64,000 nucleotides of DNA from Pelagomonas calceolata (taxonomy: Eukaryota). The notes under the pieces are model-generated. The model worked only from the letters and a program-made list of their open reading frames with translations. It was not told where the DNA came from and did no database searches. Positions 18,665 through 28,668 of this stretch are shown here, in pieces. The stretch spans positions 2,294,001 to 2,358,000 of the forward strand of contig CAKKNE010000006.1 in assembly GCA_918797485.1 (NCBI GenBank). The letters are read 5' to 3'. The stretch's first letter is position 1. Each line of letters begins with the position of its first letter. The translations under genes were made by a program, and so were the position numbers.

Positions 18665-19622
18665 ATGCGGCCCGGCTCCGTCTTCGGCCTGACGACGCTC
18701 GGACTCGTGAGTCGCACGAGCATGGACGACCGGCTCGGCGACGGCCCGCCGCTCTGGGAAGGCGAGCAGCAGTTTCACGCGTTCCTCGGCTACGCGCTCC
18801 TCACGGCCATGGCGGCGGCGTGCGCCGCGCTGAGCCTGGGCGCCGTGGCCCCGTACGGCCGCTACGCGGACGCGAAAGCGTTGGGTATTAGTGATTGGGG
18901 GCCAAAGGTACCAGCACAACTAGCGTGGTGCCTCCAGGAGCTGCCTTCCCTAGTAGTGCCGCTCGTCTGTCTGGTGCGGCCGGGCTGGGGCCCGGCTTCG
19001 GCGACGAACGGCGTCCTGCTGCTCTGCTTTTTGGCGCACTACGCGAATCGGGCCCTCGTCTATCCTTTGAGGATAAGAGGCGGCGCGCCGACGCCGCTCT
19101 ACGTCATGGCCTCCGCCTTTACGTTTACCTTGGTCAACGGCTACCTCCAGGCGGGCGCGCTCGGCGGGCCCTGGGCGTCAGCCGTGCCCGGCGACGCGGC
19201 CTTCGGCGGCGGCGTTCTGCTGTTTCTTGCCGGCGCCCTCGGCAACGCCTACCACGACGCGCTCCTGCGGGCGCTGCGGGAGCCGGGCGAGACGGGCTAC
19301 AAGGTACCGACTGGCGGCCTCTTTGATTACGTGTCGGGCGCGAACTACTTGTGTGAGATCGTGTGCGGAAATCAAACTCACGCCCCTGACACGCCATCGA
19401 CGCGACTTTCGCTTGGTGCGTCACCGGTCGATTGCCGCAGGCGAGATCGTCGAGTGGGCTGGGTTTGCCATCGCCTGCCGGACGCCCGCGGCCCACATCT
19501 TCGCGTGGTGCGTGATTTTTAATCTCGCGCCGCGGGCGGTGTCGCACCACGCCTGGTACCGCGAAAAGTTCGGCGACGCGTATCCGGCTCAACGAAGGGC
19601 GCTCGTGCCGTTCCTGTTCTGA
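18665..19622 (+). CDS. Steroid 5-alpha-reductase (SRD5A/DET2 family); 2 exons (18665-19352, 19441-19622)
   Basis: APYGRY, AWCLQELPS, HYANRALVYP, GYKVPTGGLFDYVSGANYLCEIVEW after splicing, NLAPRAVSHHAWY, RALVPFLF. Confidence 0.93.
19353..19440 (+). mobile_element. Introner-derived intron, 88 nt
   Basis: TSD GTGAGATC/GCGAGATC; degenerate TIRs gtgtgcggaaatcaa...gtcgattgccgcag; internal cacgccatcgacgcgac; removal restores NYLCEIVEW. Confidence 0.85.
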
Positions 19623-19656
19623 CGACGACGCGACTACAACTGATAATGTGATATGT

Positions 19657-20709
19657 TTACTCTCCTGGTTCAGGATCGACATAAATAGGATCCCCTGGTT
19701 TCGGCCCTCTATCTTTGAGGCAGTCCGCGCGGAAGGTCACCAACCTAGGCGGCGCGAGCCGCTCGTCACTACCTTCGACCGCTTCCAGAGCCGTCACGAC
19801 GCCCTCCGCCCTCAAGAGAGTTTGGGCGTTGGGCATCCAGGCGACGCGGATGGGCACTGGAACAGCCGCGGGAATGATCTGGGGAGCTTGCACGCGGATG
19901 CCGCCCGGCAAGGCGAGGTTGTAGGACGCCTCGCCGCTCCGCGTCGACTCGTGCCACGACTCGTCCTCCTCAAGACCGTCGGGCAATTCGAAATGCTCGA
20001 GCGTGTCCCTTATCGCAACGTCGCTCTCGCCGACCCAGTCTCTTCTCCAGGAATAGGGGCTTCTCCCCTTCCAGAAGTGCGTATTATCTTTATCATCTGG
20101 TAAATCATCCTCGTGGCCTTGCCACCTTGTTGCCTCCACTTCTCTCGTAGGTGCTCCTAGCTCCGCGTCGCACCGCTCCCTCGCGACGACACATCTAAAG
20201 CAGAGTAACGCGGGCACCGCGTCCTCGACGCCTTCATTGGCCTCCGCCGGGGCGTGCTGCACGGCCACGCGTAACCGCGACGCGCCGTACCTCAATAGCA
20301 ACTCGGTAGACATCAGCCCACTCCTTAGTAACGTAGGCCCGGACACCATGCCCGCACCCGCACACGTCTGCCGTCCGAGCTTCCCTTTCGTGTACGTCCC
20401 GACGGGAATCTGCCGCGGATAGCCGTCGGGCCCGGGCACCTCCATTTTATGGACGGCGTCGTCGCCGTCCAGCGAGACGTCCCAGCAGCCCGTATGCGCT
20501 AATTGTTCGATGCCTTGGCTGTCGAACGTCGTCCAGACGCCCTCCCACCGGCCCGACTGCGCCGCGTACAGCTGCCACTGGGCGTCGGCGAAGTCGGTGT
20601 CGGTCGTTTCGGTGGCGCGGCGGCGCGTGAGCTGGTTGCGTGCTGCCGGCGTCATGATGAGTGCAGTGGCATACTGCAGCAGGAGTGCCGTGACGGCGCG
20701 GCGCCGCAT
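19657..20709 (-). CDS. Putative plastid-targeted DUF3598-like protein
   Basis: Signal peptide plus transit-like leader; SGRWEGVWTTFD and LALPGGIRVQAP resemble DUF3598. Confidence 0.55.
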   Translation of the reverse strand: MRRRAVTALLLQYATALIMTPAARNQLTRRRATETTDTDFADAQWQLYAAQSGRWEGVWTTFDSQGIEQLAHTGCWDVSLDGDDAVHKMEVPGPDGYPRQIPVGTYTKGKLGRQTCAGAGMVSGPTLLRSGLMSTELLLRYGASRLRVAVQHAPAEANEGVEDAVPALLCFRCVVARERCDAELGAPTREVEATRWQGHEDDLPDDKDNTHFWKGRSPYSWRRDWVGESDVAIRDTLEHFELPDGLEEDESWHESTRSGEASYNLALPGGIRVQAPQIIPAAVPVPIRVAWMPNAQTLLRAEGVVTALEAVEGSDERLAPPRLVTFRADCLKDRGPKPGDPIYVDPEPGE

Positions 20710-20947
20710 CGTGCTTCGCTGGGCGCGTTGCTGCGGGACTCTATGAATCACTGGCCAGCGCTGGTGCACGCTCGTCGCACAGCAGCGCTAATGCAGGGCC
20801 AAAACCAAGGAGAGCGGCAGGCTGGAGACCACAGCAACTTTCAGTCTCCTGATCGCATAAATACTCTTGTGATCAAGCAAAGCTGCGCGGCGTGTGGTGA
20901 AGGACTCCAGCCAACAGTTCAGAGGCGTTCGGCTCCTCTCGGACCGC

Positions 20948-21820
20948 ATGCGCCGCCAACTATGCGGCGCACTGCTCATAGCACGCCTCGCAGCAGCCGC
21001 GTGGGGCGTCCGCGAGGCGCTCGACCGCCACCGCGACCGGCCGTGGATGGAAATGATCCAGGACGAGTTGCGCAGTCACCGCGTCGTCGTCTACAGCAAG
21101 ACGTTCTGTCCGCACAGCCGGGCCGTGAAGGAAATATTACGATCGCTCTCCCAGGGGTACGTCGCGGTCGAGCTCGATCACGTCGCGCACGGCAGAGACC
21201 TGCAGCGGGCGCTCGCGAGGCTGACGGGCGTGGCCACGGTCCCGCAAGTCTTCGTCGACGGCCAATTCGTGGGCACGGCCGACGGGACGCGCGAAGCGCT
21301 GGCGTCGGGGCGGCTGGCGCGGCTCCTGAACGCCAGGTTGCCGGATAGTGCCGTCGAGCTGTGCGCCAGTGGCTGCGTCGCCCGTTGCGACGTGCGAGGT
21401 AATCTCGGCGACTGCGGCGTCATATTCAATCGGGGCGACGACTGGCTGAAGGATCGCTGGCAGGCGGCGTCGGACATGGGCGGGACGGCGATACCAGGAC
21501 CCCACAAGGTCGAGATCGATTTTGGACGCGCCGTGAGCGTGTGCTCCGTAGAAATCGACTGGGAGACTGCCTACGCCGACGATTATACGATACATCTCGA
21601 CGGCGAGCGCGTCTTCGACGGCGCGGCGCCGGGCACCAGCAGACGCGCGCGGATGAGCGGAAAGAGTCCCGGGGTAAAGGGGAGACCGCTGCACGTCGTT
21701 CACGACGTCACGTTAGACGAATGCGTGCTGGCGCGAGCACTGACCCTCGACATCCATCGAGGAGCAACTCCATGGGGCGTCTCCATCTGGCACGTGGGCG
21801 TCATGGGGACTGTATCCTGA
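20948..21820 (+). CDS. Secreted glutaredoxin fused to an F5/8 type C (discoidin)-like domain
   Basis: VVVYSKTFCPHS, TVPQVFVDGQFVG; VEIDFGR...VEIDWETAYADDY...TPWGVSIW. Confidence 0.85.
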   Translation: MRRQLCGALLIARLAAAAWGVREALDRHRDRPWMEMIQDELRSHRVVVYSKTFCPHSRAVKEILRSLSQGYVAVELDHVAHGRDLQRALARLTGVATVPQVFVDGQFVGTADGTREALASGRLARLLNARLPDSAVELCASGCVARCDVRGNLGDCGVIFNRGDDWLKDRWQAASDMGGTAIPGPHKVEIDFGRAVSVCSVEIDWETAYADDYTIHLDGERVFDGAAPGTSRRARMSGKSPGVKGRPLHVVHDVTLDECVLARALTLDIHRGATPWGVSIWHVGVMGTVS

Positions 21821-21894
21821 CGGCAAATCGATTCTAATGCTTGTAACGCTTGACCGCGACCCGCGCGCCGCCGCGACAGGAGAGATCGTCCAGT

Positions 21895-21925
21895 CTCCAC
21901 GCCATCGAGCAGGCGCGTCGGTGGC
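21895..21925 (-). repeat. Free-standing introner core fragment
   Basis: Reverse complement gccaccgacgcgcctgctcgatggcgtggag closely matches the element interior at about 44034-44066. Confidence 0.65.
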
Positions 21926-21951
21926 ATGATAGTCGTAATTTAAATGTGAAA

Positions 21952-23283
21952 TTAAGCAACGCTCACCGCCGGCAGCGCCCGGATCCGCTCGAGGATGCGC
22001 CCGTACATGCGGTCGAGGCCGCGCCGCGTCGCCTCGGAGTGGGCCTGATTATTTTCGCCGGCGGCCGTCAGGTCGTTGCGCACCGTCTCGGTCCGCTCCG
22101 GGAAGGACGATGCGAGTGATGCGGGCAACCCCAGAGCGCTCATGACCGCCTCGCGGTTCTGCCAGAGCTTGTGGTAGTTCAATGCTACAATGGGGTACTT
22201 TTGGGGTGAGGTATACGCCTCGAAGAAGGCCAATAGACCCATGCGGTCGACACCTTGTTGGGCGTACACGTCGAGCTTTGGAAAGCTCTGTTCCACGCCG
22301 CAATCCCCATCCAAATGCTTGCAGTGCCCGTAGCCAAATCTAGACACCATGGCCTCGACGGGGTCCTTGAAGATGTAGAGCACGCGGTAGTCGTCCAGAT
22401 CGGCGACGGGTTTCGTCTCCGTCCGGAAGCGGCCGCCGCCCGGGAACCGCCTCGCCCTAAAATCCCTTTCTCTGGTCGACGGTCGCGGCGGCGGCGGCAG
22501 CTCCCTTAATATATCGGGTGGTCGTTTATCATGAAAGTGGTAGACGTGCTTCGCGTATTTGCGCGGTAATTGGGCGAGCCATCCCGCGAGCATCTTGCTC
22601 CCGCAGCCTCCATAACTTACGACGATGTACGTCCGCGGCTTCGTCTGCGTCTTGAGGGCAGACCCCCACCATTTTGAGGTTTCTAGTAAGCGTCGACTCG
22701 TATCTTGAGCCGCTCTCGTAGCGTCGTCTCGCAGCAGTCGCACCGTCGCCTTTGATAAATCTCGGTTGTGTCCTGGTTTGATCTCCTGGCCATCCACCAC
22801 AACAGCGTCGCACTCGACTAACCGTTCGCAGTGTTTCAACGCCCGGGCGCAGGTCGCCTCCTTGCAGAGCAATTCGCACGTTTTTGTCACTTTGGCGACC
22901 TTAAAGTCCCGCAAGGCGCAGGGGAAGTCCTTGAGCTGGGTCAGAGGCGTCGCGACCGGCGGCGATGGCGCGACGGGCGTCGCCGTCGTCGCCACGGGCA
23001 CGAAGGGCTTGGGCTGATAGGGTGATGGTGGTATGCGCCGCCGCCGCCGCCGCTGCTGCAGCGCTCTGGTTAAATTCGCGCGCTCGTCGCCCTGCCACCT
23101 CCTCTCCGTTTCCAGGGCCGCCCGCGCCTCGAGCAGCGCTGCGCTTAACGAGGCCCGTCTTGCGACGGCGGCGGCCAGCTCGGCTTCGTGCCTCGCCTGC
23201 TCGGCGCGGCTCGAGCGCAGCACGTAGACGCCGCCCATGAGGGCCAGGACGGAGGCTAGCGTGAGTTCGAGGGTCCGCGCCAT
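21952..23283 (-). CDS. Type II membrane protein with sulfotransferase-like P-loop domain
   Basis: N-terminal TM helix and coiled stem; IVVSYGGCGSKML (5'PSB-like) and LYIFKDPVEAMVSRF (3'PB-like). Confidence 0.65.
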   Translation of the reverse strand: MARTLELTLASVLALMGGVYVLRSSRAEQARHEAELAAAVARRASLSAALLEARAALETERRWQGDERANLTRALQQRRRRRRIPPSPYQPKPFVPVATTATPVAPSPPVATPLTQLKDFPCALRDFKVAKVTKTCELLCKEATCARALKHCERLVECDAVVVDGQEIKPGHNRDLSKATVRLLRDDATRAAQDTSRRLLETSKWWGSALKTQTKPRTYIVVSYGGCGSKMLAGWLAQLPRKYAKHVYHFHDKRPPDILRELPPPPRPSTRERDFRARRFPGGGRFRTETKPVADLDDYRVLYIFKDPVEAMVSRFGYGHCKHLDGDCGVEQSFPKLDVYAQQGVDRMGLLAFFEAYTSPQKYPIVALNYHKLWQNREAVMSALGLPASLASSFPERTETVRNDLTAAGENNQAHSEATRRGLDRMYGRILERIRALPAVSVA

Positions 23284-23326
23284 GGCTTTGGGGCAGCGTT
23301 TTGCCGCCGGGGGCTGCCCAAAAATG

Positions 23327-23348
23327 CTAGCGTCGTGTAACGCACTAG
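23327..23348 (+). promoter_or_regulatory. CTAGCG-N10-CACTAG motif copy
   Basis: CTAGCGTCGTGTAACGCACTAG, between divergent genes. Confidence 0.6.
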
Positions 23349-23550
23349 CGAGCAGACTATGGTTTTTAAGCAGCCCCTACCGCTCGCCTGCGCTATCGTT
23401 GCGGCGCGAGACAGACTGTCTGAGGACGCGCCATAGCCGTGGATCACCGCTGTGCACCGCTTCTTGCTCAGCGCTGCGCTTAATTCAAACTCTGATCGGC
23501 CAACCTCCGCAGCGCAGCAGAATCAATTCTCTGCAACGTCCGCAGTAGCA

Positions 23551-25047
23551 ATGGAAGCCGACCCGCCAGCCGACGAGGTCGACGCGCTCGCGACGCGAAT
23601 CGAGGAGATCGATGAGCTGGGCGAAGGCAACGACGAATTCGGCCTCGGTGCCGTCCTGAAGAAATTGATTCGAAACGCCGACGTCGAGGGCGTGCGAGCG
23701 CACCTCGAAGTCCTCGAGTACAATGGGCAGGCCGTACACACGTACCACCTGTCGATGGCGGCGCGGCTGCCTTATAAAGTTCATTACGGCGACGCGGCGG
23801 TCTGCAGACGCTCGCGCGAGGTGCTGTTGCTGCTTGTTGCGGCCTGCGACGAGCAGACGCTCGGCCAGTGCGTCGTAGACACTAGGGATTGGAGTCCGAA
23901 GCGCGCTCTCGGGCGCCGCGGCCCGAACTGGCCGCCGTTTGATTTCACCGCAGAGGATTGGGCTGATATGCCAACGACTGCCACGGTGCTCCATCAGCTC
24001 GCGTGGGACGGCGATGTAGACGCATTAGCTATGATCTTGGCGCTCCCGCAATGCTCGGCGCGCCTCGTGAACGCCACGGCGGACGAGCAAATTCATGCCG
24101 ATGGGTCGGGAGAAGCAGCGAGGTATCAGTTCGTAAGGGGCGACCCGCGTGAGCTCCGCGACGAGATGGGCCCCGGCTCGACCGCGCTGCACATGGCCTG
24201 TCTCGCCGGTCGCGTATCCGTAGTTCAATTGTTATTGCGAGACGGTCGGGCCGATCCGAACTATCCCAACGAATACCGACAGCCGCCACTGATCACATGT
24301 GCCGCCGCCACGGGCGAATGCATGGGTGGGAAAATCAACCATCGCGTCGCAGAGTGCGTCCGAGCGCTGACGCGAGACCCTCGGACGAAAGTAGACGTCT
24401 GGTACGACAAAACAGGAGGGCAGTATAATGGCGCCGGCGTCCACTGCCACATCTTAAGCAAACTTGCCAAGTACGGAGCACTCGAACCGGCGTACCACAT
24501 ACTCGCCGCGCTGCCGAAGCTGGACCCTGACTCTGTGAAACTATGCGATTCGGTGCAGAACAATGTTGTTCGTCAAATAGGTTCAATGGTGGGACTCGCT
24601 AGCCTGAGCCCGCTCGAGACCTGTCTCGACGGGCCGCCGTTGGGCTTCAGGTCAGACGGTCATCACCCGATGCTCTGCTTCTTGATTGAGGTCTCGAACG
24701 CCGGCGGCTTTCGGATGTGGCGGGCGGAGAAACGTCGTGATATGATGGTGATCCGCGCCCTCGTCTCCAAAGCGCGCAAGCGGCGCCGCTTTGACGCGGC
24801 TGCCTCCCTCACGCATCGCCTATTCAACCTCCGCGACGATGCGTTATTCCTGCGCGTGCTCGGCTTCTGTTGGTTCCTGAATCCCGGAGCCCGCGTGCCG
24901 TGTGGTCACGACTATCAGCTCACCCGGCTCCGCAAGGAAGGCAAAACCCCCGATGAAGCGTTTGAAATCATCGCGAAGATGCCGGCAAAATATAAGCCTG
25001 GGACGTTTACTCAGGCGAGAAACTCGAAAATAGCTCGCTATGTCTAA
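23551..25047 (+). CDS. Ankyrin-repeat protein
   Basis: TVLHQLAWDGD and GSTALHMACLAGRVSVVQLLLRDGRADPN. Confidence 0.8.
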   Translation: MEADPPADEVDALATRIEEIDELGEGNDEFGLGAVLKKLIRNADVEGVRAHLEVLEYNGQAVHTYHLSMAARLPYKVHYGDAAVCRRSREVLLLLVAACDEQTLGQCVVDTRDWSPKRALGRRGPNWPPFDFTAEDWADMPTTATVLHQLAWDGDVDALAMILALPQCSARLVNATADEQIHADGSGEAARYQFVRGDPRELRDEMGPGSTALHMACLAGRVSVVQLLLRDGRADPNYPNEYRQPPLITCAAATGECMGGKINHRVAECVRALTRDPRTKVDVWYDKTGGQYNGAGVHCHILSKLAKYGALEPAYHILAALPKLDPDSVKLCDSVQNNVVRQIGSMVGLASLSPLETCLDGPPLGFRSDGHHPMLCFLIEVSNAGGFRMWRAEKRRDMMVIRALVSKARKRRRFDAAASLTHRLFNLRDDALFLRVLGFCWFLNPGARVPCGHDYQLTRLRKEGKTPDEAFEIIAKMPAKYKPGTFTQARNSKIARYV

Positions 25048-25069
25048 GTTAGAAATGTGTTACCTACTA

Positions 25070-25891
25070 CTACAACAACCGCGCCGCCAGCGACACCGTC
25101 CCCGTCGCCGACTCGACGTCGTGGAGCCAGCGCGCCGGCAGGAAGAGCGCGTCGCCTTCGTCTAGCTCGACGGATATCAGATCGACCGCGCCAAGCGCCG
25201 ACGAGGCGTCGTCGCCAAGGTACAGGCGCCGCTGCGCGCCCGGCGTCGTCCGCAACCGCAAAAGCTCCGCGAGGCGTTTTGGGCAAGCGTCGGATTGCGA
25301 GGGCGGGATCGCGAGGACGCGCTTCTTGCCCTGCACATGCACTAATATAGAAGCCTCGGGGTCCGAGTGCAGCGGCGTGCGGAGACCTTGGGACGTGACG
25401 AAAACGGCGCTCGCGTCGCCGTCACAGCGGACGCCGAAGGCGCCTTCGACGAGACGCAACGCATCAAGTGGCACGTCGAGCCGCGCCTGGCCGCGCGCGT
25501 CGAGCAATAATTGTTTCGTAAAGCTCCGGCGGCGCGGCCGCCACTTGTTCCGCTCGCCCGACACGATGTTTTCGCCGCGCGCAGGTACCAACCACGGCGC
25601 ACCGCGCGAGGACGCGACGCATTTCAATATGCTTGTTGTGAAGTCGCTATCGAGGGCGCCGCGGACCAATGCCGGGGTCCGGGCGGCGATGGCCGCGGGT
25701 GCGTCGCATGGCGCGGTGTGCCGTAGTTGGAGGACGCGCCGCGCCAGCGCTAATGCTGCCTCGACGCCGTCGCGGCGGCTGCGCAAAGCTGTGCGCTCTG
25801 TGTCTGTAGCGCTCCTTTGGAAGCCGCAGCGATGCTCGCACCGGTCGGGACGGCTGTCAGGCTTCAAGAATTGCTCGAAACAGCAGCTCAA
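25070..25891 (-). CDS. JmjC/cupin-like 2OG oxygenase; no in-frame ATG found
   Basis: TPLHSD...VHVQGKKRV and ELDEGDALFLPARWLHDVES (HxD...H triad). Confidence 0.7.
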   Translation of the reverse strand: MSCCFEQFLKPDSRPDRCEHRCGFQRSATDTERTALRSRRDGVEAALALARRVLQLRHTAPCDAPAAIAARTPALVRGALDSDFTTSILKCVASSRGAPWLVPARGENIVSGERNKWRPRRRSFTKQLLLDARGQARLDVPLDALRLVEGAFGVRCDGDASAVFVTSQGLRTPLHSDPEASILVHVQGKKRVLAIPPSQSDACPKRLAELLRLRTTPGAQRRLYLGDDASSALGAVDLISVELDEGDALFLPARWLHDVESATGTVSLAARLL

Positions 25892-25939
25892 CGCAGCAAT
25901 AGGGCGAGGACGGCCAGCTGCAGCCCACAGGCTTGTTTG

Positions 25940-25961
25940 CTAGTGTCTTACAGGCCGCTAG
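25940..25961 (-). promoter_or_regulatory. CTAGCG-N10-CACTAG motif copy
   Basis: Reverse complement CTAGCGGCCTGTAAGACACTAG(CAAAC), identical to the copy at 51264. Confidence 0.65.
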
Positions 25962-26197
25962 GCGCGCTCGGATTTTACTCTGTTTTTTGGCTTCACACGC
26001 CCGCAGATCGGCGACGTTGGCTGCTGCGACATCGCGAAGACTCCAGAACATCTCTGGAATAATCCGCTCTTGTCGAGCGCCGCCACAATTGACGCGCTGT
26101 TGCAGGAGAGCAGCACAAAGGCCTTGGAAGAAATCCTCGCACCGCGAAGGCCCAAGGACAGAAATCCCCGCAGCGCGACCGCCAGCGAGCCGCCACC

Positions 26198-27229
26198 ATG
26201 TCCTCCCTCCTCTCCGACGAAGCTTTAGCGCAAATGGAGCTCAACGAACGCACGGAGTGCGAACTTTTGATCGTGAGCAACGGCATGGACTGCGGGAAGC
26301 TAGCAGCCCTGATCGAAAGCTTGAAGGAGAGCTCGAAGAACGCCGGCTCTCATAAAGCGAGGCAGCTGCTCTGGGAGGGCTATGGTGCTATAGCTTCTAA
26401 GTTAGGAGGCATGGACGGGAGCTACGCCGGTTTTCTGCAGTGGGGGTCCGAGGGTGCTTCGTTGACTCCCGCAACCAAAAAACAGGCCCACGCCTTAGGT
26501 CAAGGTGGTCTGGAAATATTAGGAAGGAGACATCGGCCGCTCGAGGAGCCCGAGTCCAAGAGCTGGATTGTGGTCTTCACGGAGCGAGAGGCGCGAGACG
26601 CTCTGTCAGACATCACGTCCTCGGAAGCGTGTATTTCGATTACGGACAAGGCCTGCCACGTCGGCACGAGATACAAACGAAGGAGGTGCAAGGGCGTGTC
26701 TTCTCCTCTAAAAACGGCCAAGGATTTGGAGAAGTATGTGGCTGAGTTAGCTCCAGCACTACTCAGTGTCGAGTGGTCCTCGTCACAAAACATGGAGACG
26801 AAGGCGTACAACGTCCTACTCGCGGGGAACTTCCCGGCTACACTAACGTCGGCTCTACCTGATGGAGTAGGCCACGTGTCTTCCCATTCGTCAGGAGACA
26901 TCTACGACGCCTTCCTAGCGAGGAGGTCGAAGCATTTCGTGAGCGAGGCAGAACGACTCCTAGATAGCATGGAGGCTGACCTCGGCAAGAAGCAACTCCC
27001 TTGTGTGGTGGCGACGATCAAAGAGGCGTCCTGCTGCCGCAAGAACTGCCTCCTCAAGAAGGCCTACGTCCATTCATCAAAGAAGAAGTTCATCGACGCC
27101 ATCCGAGCTGATGGCGGCGACGTCGAGCTGCACGTCATCGAAGGGGACGTCAAGGGCACGCGCTTCCTCGACTTCGGGGGCGTGGTCTGCGAGATGTTCT
27201 ACCGCGCCGATTTAACCGTCTATGGCTAA
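26198..27229 (+). CDS. Hypothetical protein, possibly a divergent eRF1/pelota-fold protein
   Basis: Clear 343-aa ORF; C-terminal VELHVIEGDVKGTRFLDFGGVVCEMFY resembles the end of eRF1 domain 3. Confidence 0.6.
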   Translation: MSSLLSDEALAQMELNERTECELLIVSNGMDCGKLAALIESLKESSKNAGSHKARQLLWEGYGAIASKLGGMDGSYAGFLQWGSEGASLTPATKKQAHALGQGGLEILGRRHRPLEEPESKSWIVVFTEREARDALSDITSSEACISITDKACHVGTRYKRRRCKGVSSPLKTAKDLEKYVAELAPALLSVEWSSSQNMETKAYNVLLAGNFPATLTSALPDGVGHVSSHSSGDIYDAFLARRSKHFVSEAERLLDSMEADLGKKQLPCVVATIKEASCCRKNCLLKKAYVHSSKKKFIDAIRADGGDVELHVIEGDVKGTRFLDFGGVVCEMFYRADLTVYG

Positions 27230-28216
27230 TCACAGTGTACTCTCCCCGGTCCTATCGTCCAACGGTACCTCCTTGAGAGGTGGTGACGTTGGGGGCGGCG
27301 GCGGGAACGTGTCCGTGGGCAGGACCTCGTCGGGGAACGCGGGCCGCTGCCCGTCGTCGTACGTATCCAAGAACGCTAGCAATTCGCGCGTTGAGGGGGC
27401 CGGCGGCGCGTCGTCGAAGCCCTTCGACTTCTTCCCGGAGCCTAGCGCGGCCGCCCAGTCGTCGCTCCAATTATCTAAATTTGTGGCCTTGGGCGTCGGC
27501 GCCGACGCGAGCTCCTTGAGGCGCTCGCCTTCGACTTTTGCTTCGTCGAGTTTCGCCGACAGGGCCGCCATCTCGCGCTGCTGTGCCGCTAGATCCCGTC
27601 GCCGCGTGTAGGCCGTCTCCGCCCGAGCGGGGGGCGACGAGACGGGCGTCGGCGGTTTTGGTGTGGGATCATTGACCGAAAACTTGGCCACCACCCTCTT
27701 TGGAGTCAACAACGAATAGGCGTTGTCGAACGCAGCAACAACAGTACAGGGCTCTATCGCCGTCCAGTCGCCCGCGACGGCGACACCAGCCGGAAATCTT
27801 TTAGAATCCACGACGTCGACCTCCACAGACCCGCCCTTCTGCATGGCGCGTCGTCTTAATGCAAAACCGAGATCGTGCGACTGCACGCGAAACTCCCATC
27901 TGAGCGATGCGCCGGCTCTCAGACTGAAGGCCTGGGTCCAGGCCGTCCGTCGCGGTATCTGGAGCACCTCGCCGCCGTCCTTCACGAGCTTGAGGAACTT
28001 CGGTTCCGTCATCGGAGCGGCGCCCATCAATGCCCCGGACGCGTGCTCGCGCCAGCGCGCGCCGGCGATCTTCGCCATCGTCGCCACGGTCTTGGCCCGC
28101 GCCAACGCGTGGCCGATCGAGTAGCGCTCCTCCTCTTTGGTGGGCGGGGGGCCTCCACCTTGGAGGCAGCGCTTCGCCGTGGCGGCGCGCCGCGCCTTTT
28201 GCATCTCCGACATCAT
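27230..28216 (-). CDS. GOLD-domain protein
   Basis: LRWEFRVQSHDLGF and FDNAYSLLTPKRV. Confidence 0.82.
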   Translation of the reverse strand: MMSEMQKARRAATAKRCLQGGGPPPTKEEERYSIGHALARAKTVATMAKIAGARWREHASGALMGAAPMTEPKFLKLVKDGGEVLQIPRRTAWTQAFSLRAGASLRWEFRVQSHDLGFALRRRAMQKGGSVEVDVVDSKRFPAGVAVAGDWTAIEPCTVVAAFDNAYSLLTPKRVVAKFSVNDPTPKPPTPVSSPPARAETAYTRRRDLAAQQREMAALSAKLDEAKVEGERLKELASAPTPKATNLDNWSDDWAAALGSGKKSKGFDDAPPAPSTRELLAFLDTYDDGQRPAFPDEVLPTDTFPPPPPTSPPLKEVPLDDRTGESTL

Positions 28217-28668
28217 GGTGGCAGGCTGCCCAACAGTGCCTTGCGCGCTGCCGCTCGGCGCGAGCCTTGGCACGGCGGTAATTGATGAAGGGCGCGGCCG
28301 CGTCGACCCGGTTGCGCGCCCGGTGCGGCGTCCTGCGGAGAGCTAAAGGCCCAAATTGCAAAGCAGCCAATCTGCCAGACCCGCACGCTAGAGGGAAAAA
28401 CCGGCGCTCCGATCGGTCCCCGCCGAGCCGTGGAGAGATCAATATACAACCCCCGTGTGTCGCTCGCGCCGGGAACCCACGAGCCCGTTTCACAGGAAGG
28501 TGGGCAGCCCAACGTGCAACGCGAAGGCGGTGCGCGGCGCGCCGGCGGCGCCCTCGGCGGGCGAGGCATCGCGAGGGCTCCGCGAGACCGCAGCACCGGC
28601 TCGACCTCGCACGCGGTCCAGCAGAGACATCGCGACCGCACACGAGACCACCGCAACAACAGGATAGT

